Virus record (IMG/VR): IMGVR_UViG_3300028380_000008 | DNA length: 54,986 nucleotides | Source of the DNA: an uncultured virus (IMG/VR IMGVR_UViG_3300028380_000008) | Lineage: Duplodnaviria > Heunggongvirae > Uroviricota > Caudoviricetes | Strand: one strand, 5' to 3' | Part shown: piece by piece, positions 1-8,350 of the stretch | Layout: each line of letters starts with the position of its first letter | How positions within the stretch are numbered: position 1 is the first letter of the stretch | Made by a program: the position numbers and the translations under genes | The notes under the pieces: model-generated | Told to the model about the DNA's origin: nothing | Database searches by the model: none | What the model saw: the letters and a program-made list of their open reading frames with translations, nothing else

Positions 1-234
1 ACCGCGGCCGGTGGCGTCGACAACCAGATCCTCGTCACCACTCCGCAGACCGGCGCCGCGCTGGGGCAGTTCCGGGTGTTCATCGATCCCGCGGACACCG
101 CGCTGCTCGATCCGCGCGAGACGTACTGGTGCGACGCGTGGGTGCAGCTGCCCGGCGGCCCTCCGATCAACCGTCAGCAGGTGATGACCAACCGGCAACT
201 CATCATCGAACCGACCGTGACAACGTCGTTCTAG
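1..234 (+). CDS. partial CDS (C-terminus), beta-rich, possibly virion/tail-associated
   Basis: Frame 1 open from window start to TAG 232-234 (…GQFRVFIDPADTALLDPRETYWCDAWVQLPGG…TTSF); followed by GGAGG RBS of the next gene. Confidence 0.6.
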   Translation, partial: TAAGGVDNQILVTTPQTGAALGQFRVFIDPADTALLDPRETYWCDAWVQLPGGPPINRQQVMTNRQLIIEPTVTTSF

Positions 235-242
235 GAGGCACC

Positions 243-695
243 GTGACGATATCGGGGACCGCTCAGCTCATCGGCCGCTTCAGGTACATGTCGCTCGTCC
301 CGAGCACCGACACGTCGTCGAACCCGACGTGGCTATCCGACGTGCTGGAGACCATGGCGTGCTCCGGCCGCAAGGAGGAGGAGTACACGCTCGTCGCCGA
401 CGGCGACACCGCGGTCAGCTTCGGGTCGATCGCCACCGCCGGCGCCTCGCTCGTCGTCGTCAAGGTCATGCCGTTCGTCGGCGTCCCGCCGTCGCCGGGG
501 TTCCCGAACGGTGTGCCGGCGGCGCCGAACCCCGTCGTCGTCAAGCTGACGAGCGGAGCGGGGTCCGCGACGATCCCGGTCGATCCGTTCGCCGTCTTGT
601 TCGCTGTCGGCGTGCCCTACACGGCGATGACCGTCGCGAGGGCGGCAGGCGTGCAGACGACGGTCAGGATCCAGCTTTTCTCCGCCGGATCGTGA
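243..695 (+). CDS. hypothetical protein, possibly structural
   Basis: GTG at 243 after AGGAGG; in frame with ORF 129..695; Ala/Val/Thr/Pro-rich. Confidence 0.65.
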   Translation: MTISGTAQLIGRFRYMSLVPSTDTSSNPTWLSDVLETMACSGRKEEEYTLVADGDTAVSFGSIATAGASLVVVKVMPFVGVPPSPGFPNGVPAAPNPVVVKLTSGAGSATIPVDPFAVLFAVGVPYTAMTVARAAGVQTTVRIQLFSAGS

Positions 696-710
696 ACGTC
701 GACGTTCACG
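691..710. repeat. perfect 20-bp palindrome CGTGAACGTCGACGTTCACG
   Basis: Read directly; overlaps the stop of the upstream gene and abuts the operator at 710. Confidence 0.9.
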
Positions 711-739
711 TTGACGATGTCAACTCGAAATTGTAGTCT
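710..739 (+). promoter_or_regulatory. operator GTTGAC-GAT-GTCAAC overlapping a sigma70-like promoter
   Basis: -35 TTGACG 711-716, 17 bp, -10 TAGTCT 734-739; ATG at 746 (leaderless-like). Confidence 0.75.
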
Positions 740-745
740 TCTCTC

Positions 746-970
746 ATGGATTCCAACAGGGTCGCGAGGCGAGCCCGAAATCGTGCCAAACGTTCCAGGC
801 AGCGTGCCGCAGCGGCTGAGACTCGCCTCATGGCCGCTCGTGTCCGTATCGGTCCGGATCCCTCAACTCGTGTCGTCGACGAGTCGTCGTTGACGCGGCG
901 CCCTTTCGAGAAGATGGTGGCTGACTACCGGGAGACACCTGTGTCGTGGCGTGACGTGTGGGGCGAGTAG
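746..970 (+). CDS. small Arg-rich basic protein
   Basis: MDSNRVARRARNRAKRSRQR…; directly after the promoter. Confidence 0.6.
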   Translation: MDSNRVARRARNRAKRSRQRAAAAETRLMAARVRIGPDPSTRVVDESSLTRRPFEKMVADYRETPVSWRDVWGE

Positions 971-2529
971 TCGGTGAGCGGCGCGCCACGGTCACGCGAC
1001 TGAGCAACGTGCGTTGCCGCGTATCGTTCAGCTACCCGGACCTAGTCGACGCTGACGCTGGCAAAGCGCGCAAGAAGATCCTCGGGTTGCTGGACGACGC
1101 GCTCGCCATCGAGCAGAAGGGCGCGCACTTCAACCCGACCGTGCAGAGCGGGCTGTGGGACGGGCGCAGGCACGTCTTCCACAAGAACGACGACGACGGG
1201 ACCTTCCCGGCCGGGGTCGCCAGGCGCGTGAAGGCGCTGCTGCGCGAAGCTGGGTACCGGGTGATGAGGACGCGGGACGACCGCGCGAGGACGCACGGGC
1301 CGATCCCGACGGAGATATCCGACGACATGCTCGCCGGAGTCACCCTGCGCCCGGACCAGCTCAGGGTCATCGCGGCGGCCCTCGAGAACGGTTGCGGGCT
1401 CCTCCACGTGGCGACCGGAGGCGGGAAGACGGAGATCGCGGCGGCGATCATCAAGACCCTCAACCAGGCGGCCTCGCGGCGGTGCCTGTTCCTGGTCCAC
1501 ACGAAGCAGCTGCTCGGCCAGGCTCGCGAGCGCATCGCGCTCCGCCTCGGCACGATCGAGGAGCACATCGGCGTGATCGGCGACGGGAGATTCGACCCGA
1601 AGCACATCACGATCGCCACCGTGCAGAGCTTGACCCGGGTGCGGAACGACACGCAGAAGAAGGTGATCGCGAAGTACCTCAAGACGATCGACCTGCTCAT
1701 CCTCGACGAGACGCACCACGCGTCGGCGAAGACGTTCTACCGGCTGGTGTCGCGCATCGACGCGCCGTGGCGGTTCGGCATGTCGGGGACGCCGTTCGGC
1801 CTCGCGGACGGCAAGGGGCTTCTGGTGGAGGCGGCGTTCGGCCCGGTGGTCGAGCGCGTGACGAACGCCGAGCTCATCGAGCTCGGCGTGAACGCGAAGC
1901 CCACCATCCGCATGCTCGAGGTCTCCGGTCCGAAGCTCGATGCGAACCTCGACTGGCAGGGTGTGTACAAGGAGGGCATCGTGCTCAACGACGAGCGGAA
2001 CCGGATGATCGCGCGCGAGGCCGCGGCGTTCGCGCGCAAGAAGTGGCCGACGCTCGTGCTCGTGCGCGAGCTGTGGCACGGCGACAAGATCGCCGAGCTG
2101 CTCCGGGAAGCGGAGATCCCGCACGCGTTCGTTCACGGGCAGATGCCGATCTCCGAGGTCGAGCGTCAGAAGGATCGGCTCGCCGACGGCAAGATCCTCG
2201 TGCTGATCGGCTCACCGATCCTTGGCGAGGGCGTCGACATCCCGGCCATCAGAGGGCTCGTCATCGGGGACGGAGGGCAGTCGGTCGCGAACGTGCTGCA
2301 GAAGCTCGGGCGCGGTCTCCGTCGCAAGGTCGGAGACAACCGGCTCGACGCTGTAGATTTCTGCGACTTGACCCACAAGTGGTTAGCGCAGCACAGTCAA
2401 GAGCGGTTGGCGCTATATGAGTCGGAAGGATTCCAGGTCACCTTACCGAGCATCGGCGCGCACGGTTCTGTGGACAAACCTGTGTGTTCTGTGGATAAGC
2501 AGACGCAGGAGACGTTCGTCGAGATCTGA
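958..2529 (+). CDS. SF2 DEAH-type DNA helicase (UvsW/XPB-like)
   Basis: Q motif LRPDQ, Walker A ATGGGKT, DETH, SGT, motif VI QKLGRGLR; start uncertain. Confidence 0.9.
   Translation: MGRVVGERRATVTRLSNVRCRVSFSYPDLVDADAGKARKKILGLLDDALAIEQKGAHFNPTVQSGLWDGRRHVFHKNDDDGTFPAGVARRVKALLREAGYRVMRTRDDRARTHGPIPTEISDDMLAGVTLRPDQLRVIAAALENGCGLLHVATGGGKTEIAAAIIKTLNQAASRRCLFLVHTKQLLGQARERIALRLGTIEEHIGVIGDGRFDPKHITIATVQSLTRVRNDTQKKVIAKYLKTIDLLILDETHHASAKTFYRLVSRIDAPWRFGMSGTPFGLADGKGLLVEAAFGPVVERVTNAELIELGVNAKPTIRMLEVSGPKLDANLDWQGVYKEGIVLNDERNRMIAREAAAFARKKWPTLVLVRELWHGDKIAELLREAEIPHAFVHGQMPISEVERQKDRLADGKILVLIGSPILGEGVDIPAIRGLVIGDGGQSVANVLQKLGRGLRRKVGDNRLDAVDFCDLTHKWLAQHSQERLALYESEGFQVTLPSIGAHGSVDKPVCSVDKQTQETFVEI
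2469..2498 (-). promoter_or_regulatory. two DnaA-box-like 9-mers (TTGTCCACA 2469-2477, TTATCCACA 2490-2498 on the - strand), 21 bp apart
   Basis: TTCTGTGGACAA and TTCTGTGGATAA direct repeats in the helicase 3' end, upstream of TTGACA at 2557. Confidence 0.55.
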
Positions 2530-2592
2530 AGCAGCGAATACTGGCAATCAAGCATCTTGACACTCGAGGCCGGTGTACGGTACTGACTCAGG

Positions 2593-3195
2593 GTGCCACC
2601 CGATCGCGCGCCCGCGACACAACCAGTTGCAGCGTGTGCTCCCGGGAGAGAGCGTCGGCGCGCGGTGGCCGAGGAGATCTGCGTGCTCTACTACGAGGCG
2701 GTCAGGGCCGAGGTGTCCGCCCTGACCAAGGGCGGGCGGCAACACAAGCCGTCTCGGGGCCTGCAGGACGTCGACGCGTCGACACGTCGAGCTTTCCGTA
2801 AGGCCGCGCGCATCGCGCTGGAGGAGGACGCCGACGCTCGCGAGTACGTCGTCGCTCAGTTCGCGATGTGGCGGTCGGCCTCGGCGTACCACAAGAAGTT
2901 CCTCCTCCCGAGTCCGCAGCAGATGGGTACGGAGGGCGCGCGGGTGCGCTACCTGCAATACAAAGCGTCGGGTGTGATCAGGCGGTCGCGCAAGGTCACG
3001 CTCGACGCCGAGCAGGACGACCACAAGCGGTGGTACGTCGAGGAGCGCCAGCTCAAGGGCATCGCCCGCGTCCAGCGCCTCGACCCCGCGGACGTGCTGG
3101 CGCAGCAGCCGGAGAGGTTCTCCCGCGCGTTCTTGGAGCGCAAGGGCGTGTGGGACGCGCTGCGAGACCTCTGGGAAGAGAGGACGACCAAGTGA
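2593..3195 (+). CDS. hypothetical protein in the replication module (possible initiator/loader)
   Basis: 200-aa basic helical ORF; GTGA overlap with the next gene; function inferred from position only. Confidence 0.6.
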   Translation: MPPDRAPATQPVAACAPGRERRRAVAEEICVLYYEAVRAEVSALTKGGRQHKPSRGLQDVDASTRRAFRKAARIALEEDADAREYVVAQFAMWRSASAYHKKFLLPSPQQMGTEGARVRYLQYKASGVIRRSRKVTLDAEQDDHKRWYVEERQLKGIARVQRLDPADVLAQQPERFSRAFLERKGVWDALRDLWEERTTK

Positions 3196-3788
3196 CGGCC
3201 GGCGCTGCGGCCAGGGTGTCTCCGTGGGCGGAGATCGAGCGCCGCCACGCCATGGCGTGGAGTCGCTGGCTGACAGCGGAGAGGTTGCTCGGCCCGCCTC
3301 CGAGGCCGCGCGGCTTGATCGTCGGGGAAGCTCCGGGACCTAACACGGACGCGCGGTTCCCGCTGTTCCCGCACCCGAGCAACTCCGCTGGTGCTCGGTT
3401 GTTGAAGTATTCCGGTGTCGAGCCGACGACCTGGCTGGGCAAGCTCGTGCGGGTGAACTTGTGTGACGGAGCGTGGTCGGCTCGCCGCGCGGCGGCGGGG
3501 CGCGCGCGCGTCCTCGCGTACCTGCTCGACGACGCTAACTTCTACGACGGAGAGCCGTTGCGCGTGCTGCTGCTCGGCGCCCGCGTCGCGCGGACGTGGT
3601 CCTGCTACGGATCGTTCGGGTACGTCGAGGAGCACCTGTACCAGGGCGGCGGCGTCAATGACAGGGTCATCCGCATGGCGTGGATCCCGCACCCGTCGGG
3701 TCGGTGCCGGCTCTACAACGATCGCCGGAACCAGCTGCGCGCTCGCCGCGCCGTGCTCTGGGCGCTCGGCGAGAGGAGCGCGCCTTGA
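3192..3788 (+). CDS. uracil-DNA glycosylase superfamily protein
   Basis: LIVGEAPG motif A and WIPHPSG motif B; GTG at 3192. Confidence 0.75.
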   Translation: MTAGAAARVSPWAEIERRHAMAWSRWLTAERLLGPPPRPRGLIVGEAPGPNTDARFPLFPHPSNSAGARLLKYSGVEPTTWLGKLVRVNLCDGAWSARRAAAGRARVLAYLLDDANFYDGEPLRVLLLGARVARTWSCYGSFGYVEEHLYQGGGVNDRVIRMAWIPHPSGRCRLYNDRRNQLRARRAVLWALGERSAP

Positions 3789-4072
3789 GCGTCTACGTCG
3801 ACAAGTCAGCCAACTTGTATAGGTCGGCGCGGGGTCGCCGGATGGTCATGTGCCACATGATCGCGGACACGCCGGACGAGCTCCACGCGATGGCGATCGC
3901 GGTCGGCCTGAAGCGCCGGTGGTTCCAGGCGTCGCCGCCGGCTAGCTTCCCGCACTACGATGTGTGCAGGAGCAAACGCGCGCTGGTCGTCTCTGCTGGC
4001 GCGATTGATTGTGACCGCAACGAGTTCGTCGCCGCGGTGCACCGCATCCGGGCATCTAAGGCTTTCCATTGA
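3785..4072 (+). CDS. DUF4031-like protein
   Basis: SVYVD…CHMIADTPDELHAMA…GLKRRWFQ…HYDV pattern; TTG start overlapping the upstream stop. Confidence 0.8.
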   Translation: MSVYVDKSANLYRSARGRRMVMCHMIADTPDELHAMAIAVGLKRRWFQASPPASFPHYDVCRSKRALVVSAGAIDCDRNEFVAAVHRIRASKAFH

Positions 4073-5424
4073 GGAAGAAAAGCGACCGGAGCGAGTTCGA
4101 CGCTGGCGGTGCGGACGACGTCGTCCCGTCGTGGAAGATCGACTACGGGAAAGATTTCGAGAAGCGGATGCTCCGGGTGCTGTTCGCGGACCAGGAGTTC
4201 GCGACCACCGCCGGCGTCCACCTCAACCACCAGCTGTTCTCTACTCCGGCGCTGCGGTGGGTCGCGCAGAAGGTCGTCGGGCACGCGCGGGACAGCGGCG
4301 TCGGCATCAGCAAGGACGCGCTGCGCATCGAGATGGTCCGCGACGCCAAGGTCGGCAGGATCACCAGCAAGAACCTGGACGCGATCGAGGCGCTGGTCGA
4401 CACCGTCGACCACACGGTCAAGGATCGGAGCTACGTCAAGGGTGAGCTGTTCAAGTTCATAAAGAACCAGGTCACCGACCGCGTGGTGCGCGCGTGCCTC
4501 GACCACCTGGACGCGCAGGACTTCGACGCGATCGACGGCGAGGTGCAGAAGATCCTGGACGTCCAGTCCGCGCTCGGAGGCGGGCTCGGGCACTTCTTCG
4601 TCCGCGACCGGCTGGTGCGCCGCGAGCGGCGACGGAAGTACGAGCCGAACGGGGTCAGCTCCGGGCTGTTCATGGACGAGCAGCTCAAGCCCAAGGGGGC
4701 CCCGCCGAAGTCGCTCGTCACCGTCGTAGCTCCGAGCGGCGTCGGTAAGAGCAACACGCTGATGTACATGTGTCGCTCCGCCGTTATCAACAGCAACGCG
4801 CCGTCTCTCTACGTCACAACTGAGTTGTCCGAGGAGGTCGTCAGCGACCGACTCGACGCGTCGTTCACGAGCGTCAGCATCAACATGCTCGAGAAGGAGC
4901 GCAAGAAGGTCAGCGCGAAGGTACGCAACCTCGGTTTGAAGCGCGGCGAGCTCCTCGTCGTCAAGGAGTTTCCGCCCGGGGTCCTCACCCCGGGAGGTCT
5001 GCGCGCCTACATCCGGCAGCTCGAGAGGGTCGGGTTCTACCCCAAGTCGATCTACATCGACTCGCCGGACGACATGGTGCCGGACCCGGCCGACCGCGGG
5101 CGCGACCGGGACGGGTACGAGGATTACGGCGCGGTGTACCGTGGCAACCGCCGGCTCAGCTACGAGGTCATGGCTCCCGTCCACGGAGCGTCTCAGACCC
5201 AGCGTGGCGCCCTTAACAAGGAGCACGTCGACTGGGACCAGATTGCTGACAGCGCCAAGAAGGTGATGGTGTCGGATGTGGTGCTCATCCTCCAACAGAC
5301 GCGGGAGGAGTACGAGCAGAAGGTGGGGCGGTTCTACCTGGCGAAGAACAGGTTCGGCTCGGCGAAGCGGGAGTGGAAGGTGCGCCTGGATTGGGCGAAG
5401 ATCGACATCCGCACCATCGGATGA
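4069..5424 (+). CDS. DnaB/T4 gp41-like replicative helicase
   Basis: Walker A APSGVGKS, YVTTELS, IYID, ASQTQR, IADS, KNRFG. Confidence 0.88.
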   Translation: MRKKSDRSEFDAGGADDVVPSWKIDYGKDFEKRMLRVLFADQEFATTAGVHLNHQLFSTPALRWVAQKVVGHARDSGVGISKDALRIEMVRDAKVGRITSKNLDAIEALVDTVDHTVKDRSYVKGELFKFIKNQVTDRVVRACLDHLDAQDFDAIDGEVQKILDVQSALGGGLGHFFVRDRLVRRERRRKYEPNGVSSGLFMDEQLKPKGAPPKSLVTVVAPSGVGKSNTLMYMCRSAVINSNAPSLYVTTELSEEVVSDRLDASFTSVSINMLEKERKKVSAKVRNLGLKRGELLVVKEFPPGVLTPGGLRAYIRQLERVGFYPKSIYIDSPDDMVPDPADRGRDRDGYEDYGAVYRGNRRLSYEVMAPVHGASQTQRGALNKEHVDWDQIADSAKKVMVSDVVLILQQTREEYEQKVGRFYLAKNRFGSAKREWKVRLDWAKIDIRTIG

Positions 5425-5434
5425 GGAGGAAACA

Positions 5435-6013
5435 ATGACGAGCAACCGGGTGTCAGTCGACCAAGAGGAATATTCTGCTCTCATGTCGCTCAAGGAGCGC
5501 TACGAGGACCGCGCGATCAGGATGGCTCAGGTCGCCAATCGAAATCATGACCTCCTAATGACGTGCGACGCCCAAGCTCGTCGCCTGGTCGAGGTCGACC
5601 TCATGGTGCAGAACTACGAGCGCATCAACGGGATGCAGCGCGCGCTCATCGACGCCATGCGCGCTGACCGGCCGCAGGTCGCTTCGATGGAGGAGCTCTC
5701 TGAGTTTTGGAGACAGTGGAACGTGACTACCAAGAATATGGTGGTGTCGAACCCGCAACAGCGTGAAGAGGTGTCGAAGCTGGAACCAGACCTATTCCGG
5801 TCGTGGTCTTCGTGGATCAGAGAAGTCCACAAGAATAAAGCGACGACAGCGGCGAACACCCGCGCAGACGTAGAAGCTAGGCAACCGAGCTCACAGAGCG
5901 AGCTGCAGAGTAACATCCTCGCCAGCCTGCGGGAGCAGAACGCGATGATGTCTTCTCGGGTGCGCGAGTTGGAGGTCGAGCTCGACGCGTACAAGAGCAG
6001 AAAAAAGGGATAG
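5435..6013 (+). CDS. hypothetical coiled-coil protein
   Basis: ATG at 5435 after GAGGAGG RBS. Confidence 0.7.
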   Translation: MTSNRVSVDQEEYSALMSLKERYEDRAIRMAQVANRNHDLLMTCDAQARRLVEVDLMVQNYERINGMQRALIDAMRADRPQVASMEELSEFWRQWNVTTKNMVVSNPQQREEVSKLEPDLFRSWSSWIREVHKNKATTAANTRADVEARQPSSQSELQSNILASLREQNAMMSSRVRELEVELDAYKSRKKG

Positions 6014-6018
6014 CGACG

Positions 6019-7128
6019 GTGCCGGTCAATTTCCTGGCGGTGGACCGGGCGTTCGACGCCGAGCGCTACGTGCTGGACATGCAGCCAGACGCCCAGCGCA
6101 GCGGCGGCAACCTGGTGGTGACGTGCCCGCGCTGCGAGAAGCCCAAGCTGTGGGTGCTCGTGGTGGACCGCGACGACGTGCGGGCCCCGGCGTGGCGGTG
6201 CTTTTCCAGCGAGTGCGGGGACGCTGGGCGGACGGCGCTGTCGCTGATCCGTCGGCTCGAGGACTGCGACACGTTCCACGCGTTCGAGCAGATCGCCAGG
6301 TACACCAAGGGCGGCCAGCCGCTCGTCAACCTGCGCAGGCTCGTGGAGGAGCGCCTGGCCGGCGACGTCGAGGTGTGGAGCGACGACGCCGCCACGGTCC
6401 CGCTGCCGGACGAGTTCATCCCGGTGCGCGCCGACCACCGCGGGTCAGACCTGCCGCCGTATTTCGGGGAGCGCGGTATCGGGGTCAAGAAGGCCGTCCG
6501 CTACGGGATCGGGTGGTGCGAGGCGGGGTACTTCCGGAACCGCCTCGTTGTCCCCGTCACCAGGGGAGACGAGGTTGCGTTCTTCGTTGCGCGCTACATG
6601 GCGTCCAAGCTGCCGATGTGCAAGGCGCCCAAGCTGCCGTGCACGAGGTGCGGCGGGAGCGACGAGCACAAGCGGTTGAAGAAGACCCTGTATCCGAAGG
6701 GCGCGAAGCCTGGGCGGCACCTCTTCAACTACGACCGGGCGCGGTACTGCCGGACGATCCGGATCGTCGAGGGTGCGCTAGACGCTGTCCACGTCGGCCG
6801 CTCGGCGGTGGCGACGTTTGGCACGAGCCTCAGCCAGTACCAGCTCGAGATGCTGATGCGGACCGCCGCGGAGGAGATCGTGATCATCTGGGACCGGGAT
6901 CCCGGAGCCAAGGCCGGTGCGTCCGGTTACGAGAAGGCGCAGGAGCTCGCGACCCGGCTCGCGGACCTGTGGCGCGTGCGCGTCGTCGAGCTCCCGGACG
7001 CGCGCGACCCCGACGAGCTCACCCGCGAGGAGCTCAGCGACCTCGAGCGGTCAACTCCCGTGCTCGATGCGACCGGGGCCCGCAGGTCGTACGTGATCAG
7101 CAGGTTGGAGAGGCGCGCTGGGAGCTGA
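6019..7128 (+). CDS. DnaG-type DNA primase
   Basis: N-terminal Zn finger CPRC…CFSSEC; RLVVP; TOPRIM IVEGALDA and WDRD; DPDEL. Confidence 0.88.
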   Translation: MPVNFLAVDRAFDAERYVLDMQPDAQRSGGNLVVTCPRCEKPKLWVLVVDRDDVRAPAWRCFSSECGDAGRTALSLIRRLEDCDTFHAFEQIARYTKGGQPLVNLRRLVEERLAGDVEVWSDDAATVPLPDEFIPVRADHRGSDLPPYFGERGIGVKKAVRYGIGWCEAGYFRNRLVVPVTRGDEVAFFVARYMASKLPMCKAPKLPCTRCGGSDEHKRLKKTLYPKGAKPGRHLFNYDRARYCRTIRIVEGALDAVHVGRSAVATFGTSLSQYQLEMLMRTAAEEIVIIWDRDPGAKAGASGYEKAQELATRLADLWRVRVVELPDARDPDELTREELSDLERSTPVLDATGARRSYVISRLERRAGS

Positions 7129-7152
7129 CGGTCGCGGTAGGTGAGCGTTTCT

Positions 7153-7181
7153 GTTGACAGTGTCATCGCATAAGCTACCAT
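7153..7181 (+). promoter_or_regulatory. operator GTTGAC-AGT-GTCATC overlapping a promoter
   Basis: TTGACA 7154-7159, TACCAT 7176-7181 (16 bp); intergenic. Confidence 0.7.
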
Positions 7182-7190
7182 CGCAGCGCG

Positions 7191-7913
7191 ATGGTCGACA
7201 AGAAGACGAAGAAGATCGGGACCAACACAAAGGGACCTGACAAGAAGAAAGAAGACGAGATCATGGACCGCGCAACGTTGAAGGAGATCGCGACGAACGT
7301 GCAGGTCAAGGTGTTGAAGTCGGACAGCGACGCCGATCTCCAACGAAAGGTCAACGACGCGATCCAAAAACTGCCGTCGGGTGCCGTCTTGAAGCAGCTG
7401 GAGTCCATCGATCCAGTGAAGCTGACCACGGTGTTGAAACGTGACTGCATCGGGATATTCGTCGACTTCTCGGACGTCTCTTGCGTCAGGTGTGCTGACG
7501 CCAAGCAGTGCGTTCGCCAGTTCGTCGGTAACCTCCGCGACGGGATGAACGCAGTGAAAGACGCCGCCGCTGCTGACGAAGCTGAAGCGGCACCGAAGCT
7601 GAGCTCTCAGAGCAAGCTCACCCCGGTCACCCGGTACGACCCCAAGCGGGCGATGTGGGTCCGCGACGTCAAGAACCCGAACCCGAAGACCGACGACTAC
7701 TACGACATGATCCAGCGCGTGCTCGTCACCCAGCCGGAGACCCTGGGGCAACTGCGCACCATCGTGGAGCAGGAGTTCGACCTCGACGGGGACGGCGACT
7801 TCATGAAGTTCGTCACCGCCCTCCGCGACCCGAAGGAGGGCGTCATAAAGCTTGATTGTGACTTGTCCGAGCAGGACAAGAGCGCGCTTAGGGAAGCTGG
7901 ATACGACGTTTGA
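7191..7913 (+). CDS. hypothetical protein with a Cys cluster
   Basis: DCIG…CVRCADAKQC. Confidence 0.75.
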   Translation: MVDKKTKKIGTNTKGPDKKKEDEIMDRATLKEIATNVQVKVLKSDSDADLQRKVNDAIQKLPSGAVLKQLESIDPVKLTTVLKRDCIGIFVDFSDVSCVRCADAKQCVRQFVGNLRDGMNAVKDAAAADEAEAAPKLSSQSKLTPVTRYDPKRAMWVRDVKNPNPKTDDYYDMIQRVLVTQPETLGQLRTIVEQEFDLDGDGDFMKFVTALRDPKEGVIKLDCDLSEQDKSALREAGYDV

Positions 7914-7949
7914 TCCGTAACTGAAACATCAACGAGAAAGTGAAAACAC

Positions 7950-8348
7950 ATGGCGAAGAGTTTGTTCGTGTTGACCGTACCGACCACCATCACCGTCGCA
8001 ATCGAAGCATCAGATGAGAAGGACGCTGTCGAGAAAGCCAAGACAGCTATCAAGTCGGTGCTCGGGACGTCGTTCGGTGTGATCAGCATCGTCGGAGATC
8101 CGAAGGTCATGCCGGTGACATCCGCTAAGTCATCCAAGAAGGATGACGACGAGGAAGAGGAGGACGACGAGGAAGAGGAGGACGACGATGAAGAGGAGGA
8201 CGACGAGGAAGAGGAGGACGACGAAGAAGAGGAGGACGACGAGGAAGATGAACCAAAGAAGTCTGATAAGAAGTCGGACAAGAAGCCCGATAAGAAGTCG
8301 GACAAGAAGCCCGAAGGCAAGAAGATCAAGATCAAGCTCAAGGGATAA
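7950..8348 (+). CDS. small protein with a 37-residue pure Asp/Glu tract and Lys-rich tail
   Basis: Translation; beta-alpha N-domain, D/E tract, KKSD/KKPD repeats. Confidence 0.8.
   Translation: MAKSLFVLTVPTTITVAIEASDEKDAVEKAKTAIKSVLGTSFGVISIVGDPKVMPVTSAKSSKKDDDEEEEDDEEEEDDDEEEDDEEEEDDEEEEDDEEDEPKKSDKKSDKKPDKKSDKKPEGKKIKIKLKG
8142..8252 (+). repeat. imperfect 18-bp tandem repeat GACGACGAGGAAGAGGAG encoding DDEEEE
   Basis: Read directly. Confidence 0.85.
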
Positions 8349-8350
8349 CT

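Noticed and set aside
8142..8312. Periodic repeats as a possible CRISPR array
   Set aside because: In-frame coding repeats (DDEEEE, KKSD) with no unique spacers
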